Of a stretch of 56,229 bases of DNA, positions 19,373-28,735 are shown in pieces. The notes under the pieces are model-generated. The model did no database searches, was not told where the DNA came from, and saw only the letters and a list, made by a program, of their open reading frames with translations. Every line of letters starts with the position of its first letter. Position 1 is the stretch's first letter. Source of the DNA: Candidatus Krumholzibacteriales bacterium (GTDB lineage Bacteria > Krumholzibacteriota > Krumholzibacteriia > Krumholzibacteriales > WJIX01); contig JAWODM010000006.1 in NCBI GenBank assembly GCA_046483305.1, forward strand, positions 1 to 56,229, written 5' to 3'. Made by a program: the position numbers and the translations under genes.

Positions 19373-22300
19373 TTACTGGTAGAAGTAATTGAGCAGTTTC
19401 TCATTGAACTTCATTCTCATACCTATATGGAACCCGATCCGGGAGAAATCGTTAACCCCCGCATGGTCGTCGTTATGATCGGCAAAATCATATCCCGCCC
19501 CGATCCAGATATTCCGCATTACCACCTTTCCTGCCTCCAGCCCTCCTTCGCTCCTGAGGGTGCCGGTCTCCCGCTGGTAAATCAGGCGGCCGGTCAATGA
19601 GATATCCCATCCGGAATCAAGTACCCTGACAATCCTTCCCTGATACATGAAGGTGGAGGAACTGGCCGAATATTTCTTGAAGGTGTTCTTGACCCACCTG
19701 GCCGCGGTCTTTCCCTCTGCCTGCCAATACCGGTTGAACCTGTAATTTGCCTCCAGGGAGACCTTCATCTCCTTATCGATACCGCCCGGGTGCGAAGGGG
19801 AATTCTTTTCGTACCTGGATTTAATCAGCGACAGCAGGGTAAGCCCGTCAAATATATGAGAGCGGCAGGAAGCTCCCAGGGTGGAGCTGACCTTCGCCCT
19901 GTTGGCGGCGGTATACTCGTTAGTAAACCAGATATCGCCCTTGAACATACCTGACCAGCGCCTGTTCATCCTCCTGATCCCTCCCGCCGAGACCAGATGC
20001 TTGTTCCTCCCGTTCTCCAGCTTGACCTCGTAATTGCCCTTGACCATATAATCCGATTCCGGCGGCGTGTAATTCCAGCCGGTGGCTATCGATGTAAAAT
20101 CGCCCATTTCCGCCCCGGAGACCGTGGAAAGGTTTTCCGCAGCCACCGTTCCGGTCAGCCCCTCCGACAGCCTGAAGCGGTTCTTCAGCCCAATGGTGGC
20201 CTGCCCCCGTTCGCCGCTTACCGCGCCCTCGAGACTGTAACGGGAATATACGCTCAGGTTCTCAGTTATCTCAGATTCTACTCCCAGCCTGGTACGATGG
20301 CGGGCGCCGCTTCTGCTGCCGGTCCTGTATTCATGATCCAGAACAGCCCTGATATTTCTCCACACCTTCCTGCTTATTTTTGCCTCCAGGCGGTCCGGGT
20401 ACTCTTCCACCTCCTCCCCCGAAATCTTCTGGTCATAGCTCAGCTGGGCTTTAATCTTTTCTCTTTCGGCAGAAACGGACGTACGAACCATCAGCGCCTC
20501 GTGTTCTCCCTCATCTATCGCTTCGCGGTATACCCTGGCAAGGCTGAGCCGGGAATCGAACAGATCCGATGAGTAATTTCCGCCCAGGTGCGCGTAGCTC
20601 TTCTTCTCGTCCCTCTCCATGAATTTATGATGATAATGTTTGGCCAGCAGCCGGAACCTGTCCCTGACCTTCCAGTCGAAATCCAGCCCGTATTTTCTAC
20701 TTCCCAGTTCCGTTTTGCCGCCTGTAAATGAGGGGTTGAAGAAGGACTGGTCTATCTTGCGGTAATAAGCGCTCCAGAGAAGATAATCTTTTCTCCTGCC
20801 CTTGAATCTGATGCGGTATGCTTCGCCCCTGCCGTGAAGGTACTTTTCGCTTCTTCCGAACTCCCCTTCAACCTCCAGCGACGGCAGTATATTACCCGAA
20901 ATATCCATGCCAACCATCGATGAGCTCTCTTCGCCCTCCTCCTCCAGGAAAGCGGTAACCCCCGCGGCAAATCTGTCGGTTACATTCACTGTGGACCTGG
21001 CTCCGTAGATGAAATTCTGCTCGTTTGAATTGGAGCACTCATAACTGACCACTATGGTTACCGGATTGAGGTCTCCGTCCACCGAAGGCACCGGTTCCTT
21101 GAACAGTATGCTCCCGTCGTTGTAATTCAGGTCGTAATCCCGGTTGACCTTCTTGTAATCGACCCTGATTATCTTCTCCGGGCGGTAACGGTCCCGGACC
21201 TCTATTCTTATCTTCTCGCTGTTCTCTATCAGAGGATAGTGCTTCAGGAAATAGAATCCGCTGGTACCGTCGGCCGGGATCTCCTCCTGGTATGTGGCCT
21301 GATCGGTCCGGGTAATGAAAGCCTGCAGCTTGCCCCGGTCGAATCCGGTCTCTCCCCTGAATCCGTTAAAGGTCCGGTTATAGCGGGTCAGTTCAAGGCC
21401 GCCTCCGAGGTCTGTATGGAAATCTCCGAACATTGCCGAATACTTTTTGTGGTCTACCCTGATATAGGTACCGCTCCGGGATGAAGAATTGAACTTCAGG
21501 TCACCGGCGTCTCCGTACAGCGGGTAATGCTTTTCCGGTTCAATCCTGTCCAGCAGTTTGTCATACCGGGTGGGCCGGGTATCCACGGCGAGTGTCAGCA
21601 GGTGGTCCTCCATCACTTTTCCCTGGCCGTACAGCGAGATTTTACCCTCGGCGAACAGCCCGTCATTGAACTTTCTTCCGGCCCGGTGCAGGCTGCCGCT
21701 TCCGGTGATACTGCCCACTCCGATATCGGCCTCTCCGTAACCGAACAGGAACCAGTCTCTCAGGGGGGATTCATAGGACAGAAGGCTGGACGCCCCGGCG
21801 CTTCCCCTGGTTACAGATATTCTGGCCTCCCCATCCTCCCTGGAAGGAGGAACGGTAACCGTGATTTTGCCGTCCCTGGTCACCGCCTGAACCCCCATCA
21901 GGTCGGGATTTACGTCGCTCTTCCCGATCAGCGCTTTCGGCCCCCTGACATTCATGAATATTCCGTCTCTGACCGGCAGCCCCCGGCCGTCTTTCACCAG
22001 AAACACTATCTCGCCTTCGGTTTTTCCGTCGGCGGGTACGCTTACCTTTTTTACTTCAGGAAGAATGGTATCCGGATTGCCGGAGAGATAGACATTCCTC
22101 TTAAGGGCCGCCTTCCTGCCGTTTCTCCTGGACACCGCCATCAGTTCGTTTTCGCCGGCCTGTATCCTGACGTCGTAATATATGTGGCTGATAGTTCTCT
22201 TTCCCGCGTCGATCTCCTTCTGGCCTATCTTCTCCCTTCCCACCGGAAGGCCGTTAACGTAAAGATTTATGGTTGATCCGATATCGGTTACTACAGACAC

Positions 22301-25156
22301 CTCTATCCGGTCCCTCTTCCGGTATACTCTCCCCTCCTCAGGCCGGAGTATCTTCAGCATCAGATCTCCCTTTTCAACCGGAGATTTCTGGTCCCGCGGC
22401 ATCCACCCGGCCAGGTCTTCCGGCGAATAGGTGTAACCGTCAGGCGGGACAGCTCTGACCTCCACCCGCCTGTTTTTCGCCCTTCCTTCCGGGGTGCTGT
22501 TTGGGGCGGCCGGGGCTCTGGCTCCTTTACCGGTGAAATCGAGCGACTTCTCGTCGATCCCATTCATCCTGAACAGCTGGAACACGGAACGGGCTCTGGC
22601 CACCGAGAGCTCCAGGTTCGAAGGGAACTCCTCTGTGCTGATCGGTATACTGTCGGTGTGGCCAACTATATTCAGCTTCCAGCCGGGATGATTTCTCAGC
22701 CATATAGAAAGCCTGGCAATCTTATCCAGGGGGATACCCTTAATCAGGTCGCTTCCGGCCGAAAAGTTTCTGTCATCGAAAACCATCATCAGGTAGGGCG
22801 GCTCCGGCGCCGCTTCCTCCCTGTCCTCGCCGGCGCTGCTGTCGGGGAGGGACACACCGGGCATGGTTGGATTATCCGCCCGGGGCGGCTGCCGCTGAAG
22901 GGGCGGTTCTATGAATTCTTCCCCCGCGGTTTCCAGGTCCTTTTCCATGAAGAATCTGTTCTCTTCCAGAGGGAAATCCACCCTCCAGCTGCCGGAAGGA
23001 GGAAGCTCTATCATCGCCTCTCCCCTTTCGCCCAGCCCGTAATACCCGGCGTCGGCGGGAACTAGAGAGTCGGGAAGCGACTGGGGATCAACTCTCAGTA
23101 CATGCAACCCCTCATCAATACCGGGGATGGAATACCCCCCTGACGAATCAGTCACACAGTAAGTGCCGTTCTCCAGAAAGACAGATACTCCCTCCACGCC
23201 CTTTTCCCAGCTCTCTCTCTTCCCGCTGCCGTTGGAGTCAAAGTAGACATTGCCGAGCAATATCCCCTTCCTGGTGAATATCCCCTCCACCAGCTTTATC
23301 GATGCGACCGCCGGTTCCGAATAAACCTCTTTCCCATACTCTGAAATCCCTCTGACCCTCGCGGTGGCGGCGAGTCTTCCCCGCTGCTGGCCAACCTTAA
23401 CTCTAAGCCTGAAAACGATCTTTTTCTCTTCTCCGGGATCGAGAGATCCGATTCTCCACAACAGGCGGTTACCCTTAATCTCCGGAAGCATGCTCCCCCC
23501 GGCAAAGCCTACCCCCGCGCAGAGATCCTCTGTGACTATCAGACTGTCCATCACGGTTTCTTCGGTCAGGTTGCTCACGGTCAGGATGCAACTGAGCAGG
23601 TCGCCTATCTCCGCTACCGGCTCCTTGATGGACTGCTGGACTGAAAGCATGGCAATGCCGCTCTTTACGAGAATATTTCTGACATCATCGCGAGCGTCGG
23701 CGTTGACTACCGAAAAGGCCTCCACCCCGAATTCCACCTTGCTTCCGGGAAAGGCCCTTGAGAGTTCCGGGAGGAACCTGAACATGAGGTTCGCCTCCAC
23801 GCTCTCTCCGGGGGGTACCGGGCCAAGTACCGCCGTAAAATCGGATCCTTCCTGGATAACCGCCCCGGTTGAATCAACAAAGTTCAGTTCCCATCCCTCC
23901 AGAAGGGAAGCCGAATCGGCAAACGCCACCGCCAGGGTATCCAGGAAATTGCCGGAGTTCAGTATCTCGTGCTCGAAAGTATATACGGTGTCCCGGTTAT
24001 TAAGCTCCTTGACGACCACATCTTCGATGCTCCCCCGGGGGGCAACGGGATTTCCGTTGGGGCCGATATAAACCCTGCTGACAGGGGCTACCAGAACTGA
24101 AACCTCATTAGAGACTGTCTGGTAGAGCCAGGAATCCCCGCCCGTATAATCCGCAAATGAAGAGTTGAAAATATATGAACTCAAACGATTTTCCGGAACT
24201 TCCGCCATGAATGTTATCTGCCCCCCGTCATCCGGATCAAGCTGCTCCAGCCTCAGCCGTATACCTTTTACTCTATCCGCGGGCGGTTCTATCTGCACCC
24301 AGTCTCCGGATTCTCCGTCAAGATATTCCAGGGCACCCGCGGCGTCGGATTCCAGGGAACCGCTTATATATATGGTATTTTCAATATTTCCATCGTAATC
24401 TATGTAATCGGTGATAATCAGGTCGCTGGCGGTTCTGCTTCCGGTATTGCTGAAATCAATAGTAAACCTGACGGTGTCTCCCGGCATTACTTCCTGCCTG
24501 CCGGCGCTTAAATGAAGAGGGATGTGAGCATCCTGCCCGGCCACCGCCCTGACCACATTGTTGCTGTCGCTCCTGGAAGTATCCGATTCAGATACGGCGG
24601 TGAGGTTGAGATGGGCGGCCTCGCCTCCGCTCAATCCGTTCGGAAGCCTTGCTGTTGCCAGCAGAGCGGTTGTTTCTCCCGCGGCCAGGGGCCCCACGGA
24701 GGTAACTGCCTTCTCTCCGGGGTCTACCGATCCGTTCCCGTTATCATCACGATAGATTCCTTTCGAACTGAATGAAAAATCGGAGGGATTTATCAGCTCC
24801 AGGGAAAGCTGGTAGCTGTCCGGGGCGTTACCGCCATTGGTCAAAGTAAATGGGTAGAAGACAAACTCATCGCTGAAGGCCGAATCAACCGCCGCCGGAG
24901 ACTCCACAGTCCCATCCGGAACCAGCAGGGGGCTATAAACCGGCAGCACACTGAATGAGAGCTCATTCGAGTAAGCGGTGAGGCTGCTGCTCTGAAATCC
25001 GTAAATGGCGTAAGAGCGGCTTGAAATAGAAACACCGGCTGGAGGAATCTCCGCGTGCAGGTCAGTTGGACAGAAATACAGGAGGATACAGAGCAGCAGA
25101 AGAAGCAGTTTGCTCAGCTTCCGGTAGTTAGAGATTTCTGTATTTCTGATTCTCAA
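19373..25156 (-). CDS. 1927-aa envelope protein: DUF11/Ig domains, SdrD-B-like domain, OmpA peptidoglycan-binding domain and a large C-terminal beta-barrel (putative anchor/secretion pore)
   Basis: Hydrophobic signal peptide; two complete DUF11 domains; GNVYFDSNGSG...GVEGVSVFL; OmpA motifs VGHTDS, NLELSVARA, GRAKNRRVEV; roughly 750 aa of amphipathic strands to the C-terminus. Confidence 0.88.
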   Translation of the reverse strand: MRIRNTEISNYRKLSKLLLLLLCILLYFCPTDLHAEIPPAGVSISSRSYAIYGFQSSSLTAYSNELSFSVLPVYSPLLVPDGTVESPAAVDSAFSDEFVFYPFTLTNGGNAPDSYQLSLELINPSDFSFSSKGIYRDDNGNGSVDPGEKAVTSVGPLAAGETTALLATARLPNGLSGGEAAHLNLTAVSESDTSRSDSNNVVRAVAGQDAHIPLHLSAGRQEVMPGDTVRFTIDFSNTGSRTASDLIITDYIDYDGNIENTIYISGSLESDAAGALEYLDGESGDWVQIEPPADRVKGIRLRLEQLDPDDGGQITFMAEVPENRLSSYIFNSSFADYTGGDSWLYQTVSNEVSVLVAPVSRVYIGPNGNPVAPRGSIEDVVVKELNNRDTVYTFEHEILNSGNFLDTLAVAFADSASLLEGWELNFVDSTGAVIQEGSDFTAVLGPVPPGESVEANLMFRFLPELSRAFPGSKVEFGVEAFSVVNADARDDVRNILVKSGIAMLSVQQSIKEPVAEIGDLLSCILTVSNLTEETVMDSLIVTEDLCAGVGFAGGSMLPEIKGNRLLWRIGSLDPGEEKKIVFRLRVKVGQQRGRLAATARVRGISEYGKEVYSEPAVASIKLVEGIFTRKGILLGNVYFDSNGSGKRESWEKGVEGVSVFLENGTYCVTDSSGGYSIPGIDEGLHVLRVDPQSLPDSLVPADAGYYGLGERGEAMIELPPSGSWRVDFPLEENRFFMEKDLETAGEEFIEPPLQRQPPRADNPTMPGVSLPDSSAGEDREEAAPEPPYLMMVFDDRNFSAGSDLIKGIPLDKIARLSIWLRNHPGWKLNIVGHTDSIPISTEEFPSNLELSVARARSVFQLFRMNGIDEKSLDFTGKGARAPAAPNSTPEGRAKNRRVEVRAVPPDGYTYSPEDLAGWMPRDQKSPVEKGDLMLKILRPEEGRVYRKRDRIEVSVVTDIGSTINLYVNGLPVGREKIGQKEIDAGKRTISHIYYDVRIQAGENELMAVSRRNGRKAALKRNVYLSGNPDTILPEVKKVSVPADGKTEGEIVFLVKDGRGLPVRDGIFMNVRGPKALIGKSDVNPDLMGVQAVTRDGKITVTVPPSREDGEARISVTRGSAGASSLLSYESPLRDWFLFGYGEADIGVGSITGSGSLHRAGRKFNDGLFAEGKISLYGQGKVMEDHLLTLAVDTRPTRYDKLLDRIEPEKHYPLYGDAGDLKFNSSSRSGTYIRVDHKKYSAMFGDFHTDLGGGLELTRYNRTFNGFRGETGFDRGKLQAFITRTDQATYQEEIPADGTSGFYFLKHYPLIENSEKIRIEVRDRYRPEKIIRVDYKKVNRDYDLNYNDGSILFKEPVPSVDGDLNPVTIVVSYECSNSNEQNFIYGARSTVNVTDRFAAGVTAFLEEEGEESSSMVGMDISGNILPSLEVEGEFGRSEKYLHGRGEAYRIRFKGRRKDYLLWSAYYRKIDQSFFNPSFTGGKTELGSRKYGLDFDWKVRDRFRLLAKHYHHKFMERDEKKSYAHLGGNYSSDLFDSRLSLARVYREAIDEGEHEALMVRTSVSAEREKIKAQLSYDQKISGEEVEEYPDRLEAKISRKVWRNIRAVLDHEYRTGSRSGARHRTRLGVESEITENLSVYSRYSLEGAVSGERGQATIGLKNRFRLSEGLTGTVAAENLSTVSGAEMGDFTSIATGWNYTPPESDYMVKGNYEVKLENGRNKHLVSAGGIRRMNRRWSGMFKGDIWFTNEYTAANRAKVSSTLGASCRSHIFDGLTLLSLIKSRYEKNSPSHPGGIDKEMKVSLEANYRFNRYWQAEGKTAARWVKNTFKKYSASSSTFMYQGRIVRVLDSGWDISLTGRLIYQRETGTLRSEGGLEAGKVVMRNIWIGAGYDFADHNDDHAGVNDFSRIGFHIGMRMKFNEKLLNYFYQ

Positions 25157-25281
25157 TTCTCACCAGCCGGCAGAATTATGGATCACCCTGTCTAACTTTC
25201 TTTGTTTCATGGCGCCTTCTTAATACGTAACAAGAGGCCGGGCATCAATATGCTCCGCCTCTTCCCGAAGGCCCATTCTGA

Positions 25282-25316
25282 GAGCACGGAGGCGGGAAAA
25301 TCCCGCCCCCGTACTC
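25282..25316 (-). terminator. Strong intergenic stem-loop just after the 899-aa DUF11 gene (stabiliser or partial terminator)
   Basis: GAGUACGGGGGCGGGA-UUU-UCCCGCCUCCGUGCUC, a 16-bp stem whose two G-U pairs form only on the minus (sense) strand. No U tract follows. Confidence 0.65.
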
Positions 25317-25322
25317 AACGAT

Positions 25323-28022
25323 TTACTCAGCGATGATTCTGACAATGAAACTTACTCCATCGGCAGTTCCGTCACCGCCTGCCAGTGTGCCCGTCAGGAC
25401 CCATCTGATGTCGGTCACATTGGCGTCGAAGTCAGCGGGTGCGCCCCCGCCTCCGCTGACCGGCGTATAGGCCCAGCTGGACCCGCCGTCATCGGAGAAT
25501 TCAATACTTATGGATCCAATCCCCGGTGCCAGGGTACCCGAAGAGGCAGACCCTACACGGTACTGCGTCCAGTTCGGGATAGGATCATATATAGTGATCG
25601 AATCCAGAGTTGCTGTGCCGACATTGGAATAATCGGTTGTATAGGTCAGCTCTGTTCCAGGCAGCTGGTCGCCGCTGGGGTTGACCGATTTTGAAAGAAC
25701 CAGGTTGCCGGCCACAATGGTGGTTACATCCAGAGCTGAATCAGCAGCCGCGTATGTATTACCGGTAACAGTGATGGTTCCATTTTCAACCGTTCCCGAG
25801 CCAACGCCGCCCGGGATGGAAACTTGAACCACTATGTCCTGGGAAGCACCCGCCGTCAGGTTCACGGAGCTTATCGAATTGTTCGAAGTATCGAAGAACG
25901 CGTAGCTCCAGCCGCTGGAACTGACGTAACTGAACATGAAGGTGTCGTCCACATTACCGGTATTGGTAACGGTATGGTTGTACCTGATGGTTCCGTTTGC
26001 GGTACCGGTACCTGTCCTGTCCGGGTCGATGGTTACCGAGGACGCATTATTAACGGTGACAGTATTGATGATCTCGTCGAATATCGTTCCGTTGTTGCTC
26101 GAAGTCGCCCTCAGAGCCACATTGTTCACTCCGGGGACCTCGCCGGCAGGAACGGCCACCCTGGCGATCACATGAACTTCGCCGCCAGCGGCAACCGGGC
26201 CTATCCCGGTTATGGGGGTCAGCTCGGGAACATCGAGAATTCCGTTATCATTACTGTCCTGGTAGTAAGTTACGCTCCATCCGGCAGGGAATGTCGATGA
26301 GAGCGAGAAATTGTCACTCGATCCGCCGGTATTTACTATATCCAGCGCGAAATCGACATTCAGGCCCGGATCGGTATTCTGGTTGACCGGGGTGTCGTCC
26401 ACACCGGCAACTCCGTCGTAATTTCCGATATCGACCGCGGCAGGGTTCACCTGGGTAATCTCGTCAGTGGTGAGGTTAGAAACTGCCGGGTCGTTAGCGG
26501 ACTGCGCTTCTATCACGGCCAGATAGGGGCCGCCCGCCGTGACGGTGCCAGGCACGCCTATTCTGACTATAAAACTGGCCGTGTTACCGGGATTTATGGT
26601 TCCCACATCGGGAATTCCGTCACTGCCCGAATCGCTCAGCGGAGTAACTCCATCCAGTCTGAAGTACTGAACGCTCCATCCGGCAGGGATGGTCGAACTG
26701 GCGTCGAGAAGAATATTTATCTCGTCCGCGCTGTTGCCGTCATTCCTTACCGTATTGATGAAATCAACAGAGGTGTTGGCCCATGCCTGAGCTACAACCT
26801 GTGAGTCATCGTCGTAATCGGGAGCGGTTCCCGCGCCTGGCGCGCCGTCTGGACCTATCAGAACATTGGCCGCAACATTCACATTTATCTGAGTGTTGTT
26901 GGTGGCCACTATTATAGGATCGGCGGTCGCCGGGTTGTTGTCAACATAAGCGACCGAACCGCTGTTACTTATGATCCCCGCGGGCATGGCAGCCGGTATA
27001 TTCAGATCGTAATTGAAACTGTAGTTCTGACCGACCGTCATATCCCCGCTGGTAATGTAGGCAACCGCTATGTCCCCCGCGGCGCTGGTTGTCGACCAGG
27101 CCCAGGTCTCGGGAGAGTCAGCGGTAGAGCTCCCGGCGGGCAGGTATAACACCGTGCCCCCGGCGGGAGCGCCTGAAGGCGACCCGGCCAGAGCAAGCGG
27201 ATTGCCGGTAGAGGGATCCACCGGAAGAACGTCATAGATGAGAACGCCGGTGAGCCCGACTGAAGCAACTGTAACACCATGCGCGTCGTCGCTGCCGACA
27301 TTGGAACCGGTAACGGTATAGGTAACCGTAGCTCCCGGGTCTACATTGGCCGGCAGTCCGGACATGGTGGCTGTCAGGCTTGCGTCGCTCACTACGTCGG
27401 TGCGGTGATAATTGCGGGTATCTACCTGAGCCGCGTCGCCAACGGAAGTACCCTGAACTCCTGCGTAGGCAACTTCGCCGGCTGCCGCTGTTCCCGGCAC
27501 CTGATATGAAACCAGAAGGCTGACACTCGAACCGGCCGCGATCGGCCCGATATTTCCGGGCGCTCCGCCGGATGAGATAGCGGGTTCTCCGGCATCGAAG
27601 ACCCCGTTGCCGTTCTGGTCGTGATATACAGTAATATCACCGGCACCAAGCGTCATAGTAGTATTGGCGCCGTCAATTACCGGTTCCAGCGAGTATGTGT
27701 CGCTGTCATTACCGGTATTGGTCAGCGAATAACTGTAGTACAGTGTCTGGCCCGGTATGGCGGTCTGAACCATCGCCGGGGTTACCGGCGGAGTCTCGCC
27801 TGAATCGTCCGGGAGTATGGAAACACCGTATACCGGGAGCACCACGGTGGTGACCAGGTTTGATGTTGCTGTATAAGTATTTCCCGAGAGATCCTTGAAC
27901 GTGGCCGAAGCCTGGTTCTCGATTGTAGTTCCGGCCGGTGTCTGGGCTCGAACTCCTGATGCTAAAGTCAGCGTCAGAAGCGCGAAGGCCAGTATCAGAC
28001 CGGAAAGTCTTTTTGTCCTCAT
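25323..28022 (-). CDS. Secreted 899-aa DUF11 (conserved repeat domain) protein, putative major fibre subunit
   Basis: AAGGTGG RBS; signal peptide ending VRA; mature N-terminus QTPAGTTIENQASATF...SNLVTTVV; several Ig-like domains with DxNxNG loops; C-terminal DUF11 LSKSV...YDPIP...VSFIVRIIAE-stop. Confidence 0.9.
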   Translation of the reverse strand: MRTKRLSGLILAFALLTLTLASGVRAQTPAGTTIENQASATFKDLSGNTYTATSNLVTTVVLPVYGVSILPDDSGETPPVTPAMVQTAIPGQTLYYSYSLTNTGNDSDTYSLEPVIDGANTTMTLGAGDITVYHDQNGNGVFDAGEPAISSGGAPGNIGPIAAGSSVSLLVSYQVPGTAAAGEVAYAGVQGTSVGDAAQVDTRNYHRTDVVSDASLTATMSGLPANVDPGATVTYTVTGSNVGSDDAHGVTVASVGLTGVLIYDVLPVDPSTGNPLALAGSPSGAPAGGTVLYLPAGSSTADSPETWAWSTTSAAGDIAVAYITSGDMTVGQNYSFNYDLNIPAAMPAGIISNSGSVAYVDNNPATADPIIVATNNTQINVNVAANVLIGPDGAPGAGTAPDYDDDSQVVAQAWANTSVDFINTVRNDGNSADEINILLDASSTIPAGWSVQYFRLDGVTPLSDSGSDGIPDVGTINPGNTASFIVRIGVPGTVTAGGPYLAVIEAQSANDPAVSNLTTDEITQVNPAAVDIGNYDGVAGVDDTPVNQNTDPGLNVDFALDIVNTGGSSDNFSLSSTFPAGWSVTYYQDSNDNGILDVPELTPITGIGPVAAGGEVHVIARVAVPAGEVPGVNNVALRATSSNNGTIFDEIINTVTVNNASSVTIDPDRTGTGTANGTIRYNHTVTNTGNVDDTFMFSYVSSSGWSYAFFDTSNNSISSVNLTAGASQDIVVQVSIPGGVGSGTVENGTITVTGNTYAAADSALDVTTIVAGNLVLSKSVNPSGDQLPGTELTYTTDYSNVGTATLDSITIYDPIPNWTQYRVGSASSGTLAPGIGSISIEFSDDGGSSWAYTPVSGGGGAPADFDANVTDIRWVLTGTLAGGDGTADGVSFIVRIIAE

Positions 28023-28125
28023 AATACCACCTTCCTTGTTTAAAAGGACCTATTTAAAGATCCGCATTTCGAAAGACATCTGTGAATGCGCGCGGAATAA
28101 TCACAGGCCGAAATGCGTGAGTAGC

Positions 28126-28617
28126 CTACTTTATTCTTACTCTGTAGGCGGTCTTGACTGTCCCGGACGCCTTGAGAGATTTTTTCATCTCCCACCTGAT
28201 ATGCGTTATCATGCCGGGGTCCGCCTTTTTAACCTGCTCGCTTTCAGTTCCCTCATTAACCACATAAGTAACCGGAGCTTCCTGGTAGGATTTGCCCCCG
28301 TCGATGCTGAAATACGGTATTACTTCCTCGTTCAGGTAAGCTGAATCCTCGATGTAAACGGTACCGGGGGGAACCGGCCCCACGAACTTCACTCCGGTAG
28401 CCGGCATCGAGCCGGTGTTACGGTACTTTATTGTATATTCGATGACATCCCTGGGCTCGACTTCGTCGGCCGGAACAGCCACCTCGCTGTCGTTCTTGTC
28501 CTTAACTATTTTCTGCGCCTCCATACTGCCCTCCAGAGTAGGCGTCTGGGCTGAAGCAACCGCTGTAACAGCCAGGGCGGCGAGAAAAACGACCGCTCCT
28601 CTGAAAAGAACTTTCAT
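28126..28617 (-). CDS. Small secreted single-DUF11-domain protein (putative cap/chaperone)
   Basis: AGGAGG RBS before the ATG at 28617; signal peptide; PRDVIEYTIKYRNTG...GPVPPGTVY...FSIDGG...ITHIRW...AYRVRIK-stop. Confidence 0.88.
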   Translation of the reverse strand: MKVLFRGAVVFLAALAVTAVASAQTPTLEGSMEAQKIVKDKNDSEVAVPADEVEPRDVIEYTIKYRNTGSMPATGVKFVGPVPPGTVYIEDSAYLNEEVIPYFSIDGGKSYQEAPVTYVVNEGTESEQVKKADPGMITHIRWEMKKSLKASGTVKTAYRVRIK

Positions 28618-28735
28618 CTCTTTCCTCCTTTCTGAACTCCTTTTTTCAAATTTGCTGCTCTCTACTGCAGGAGAAAATGTGTTATAATTTTCCTGTGGTG
28701 GAAAAACTTCGACTCCTGCAACCGGCCAATCTGAT

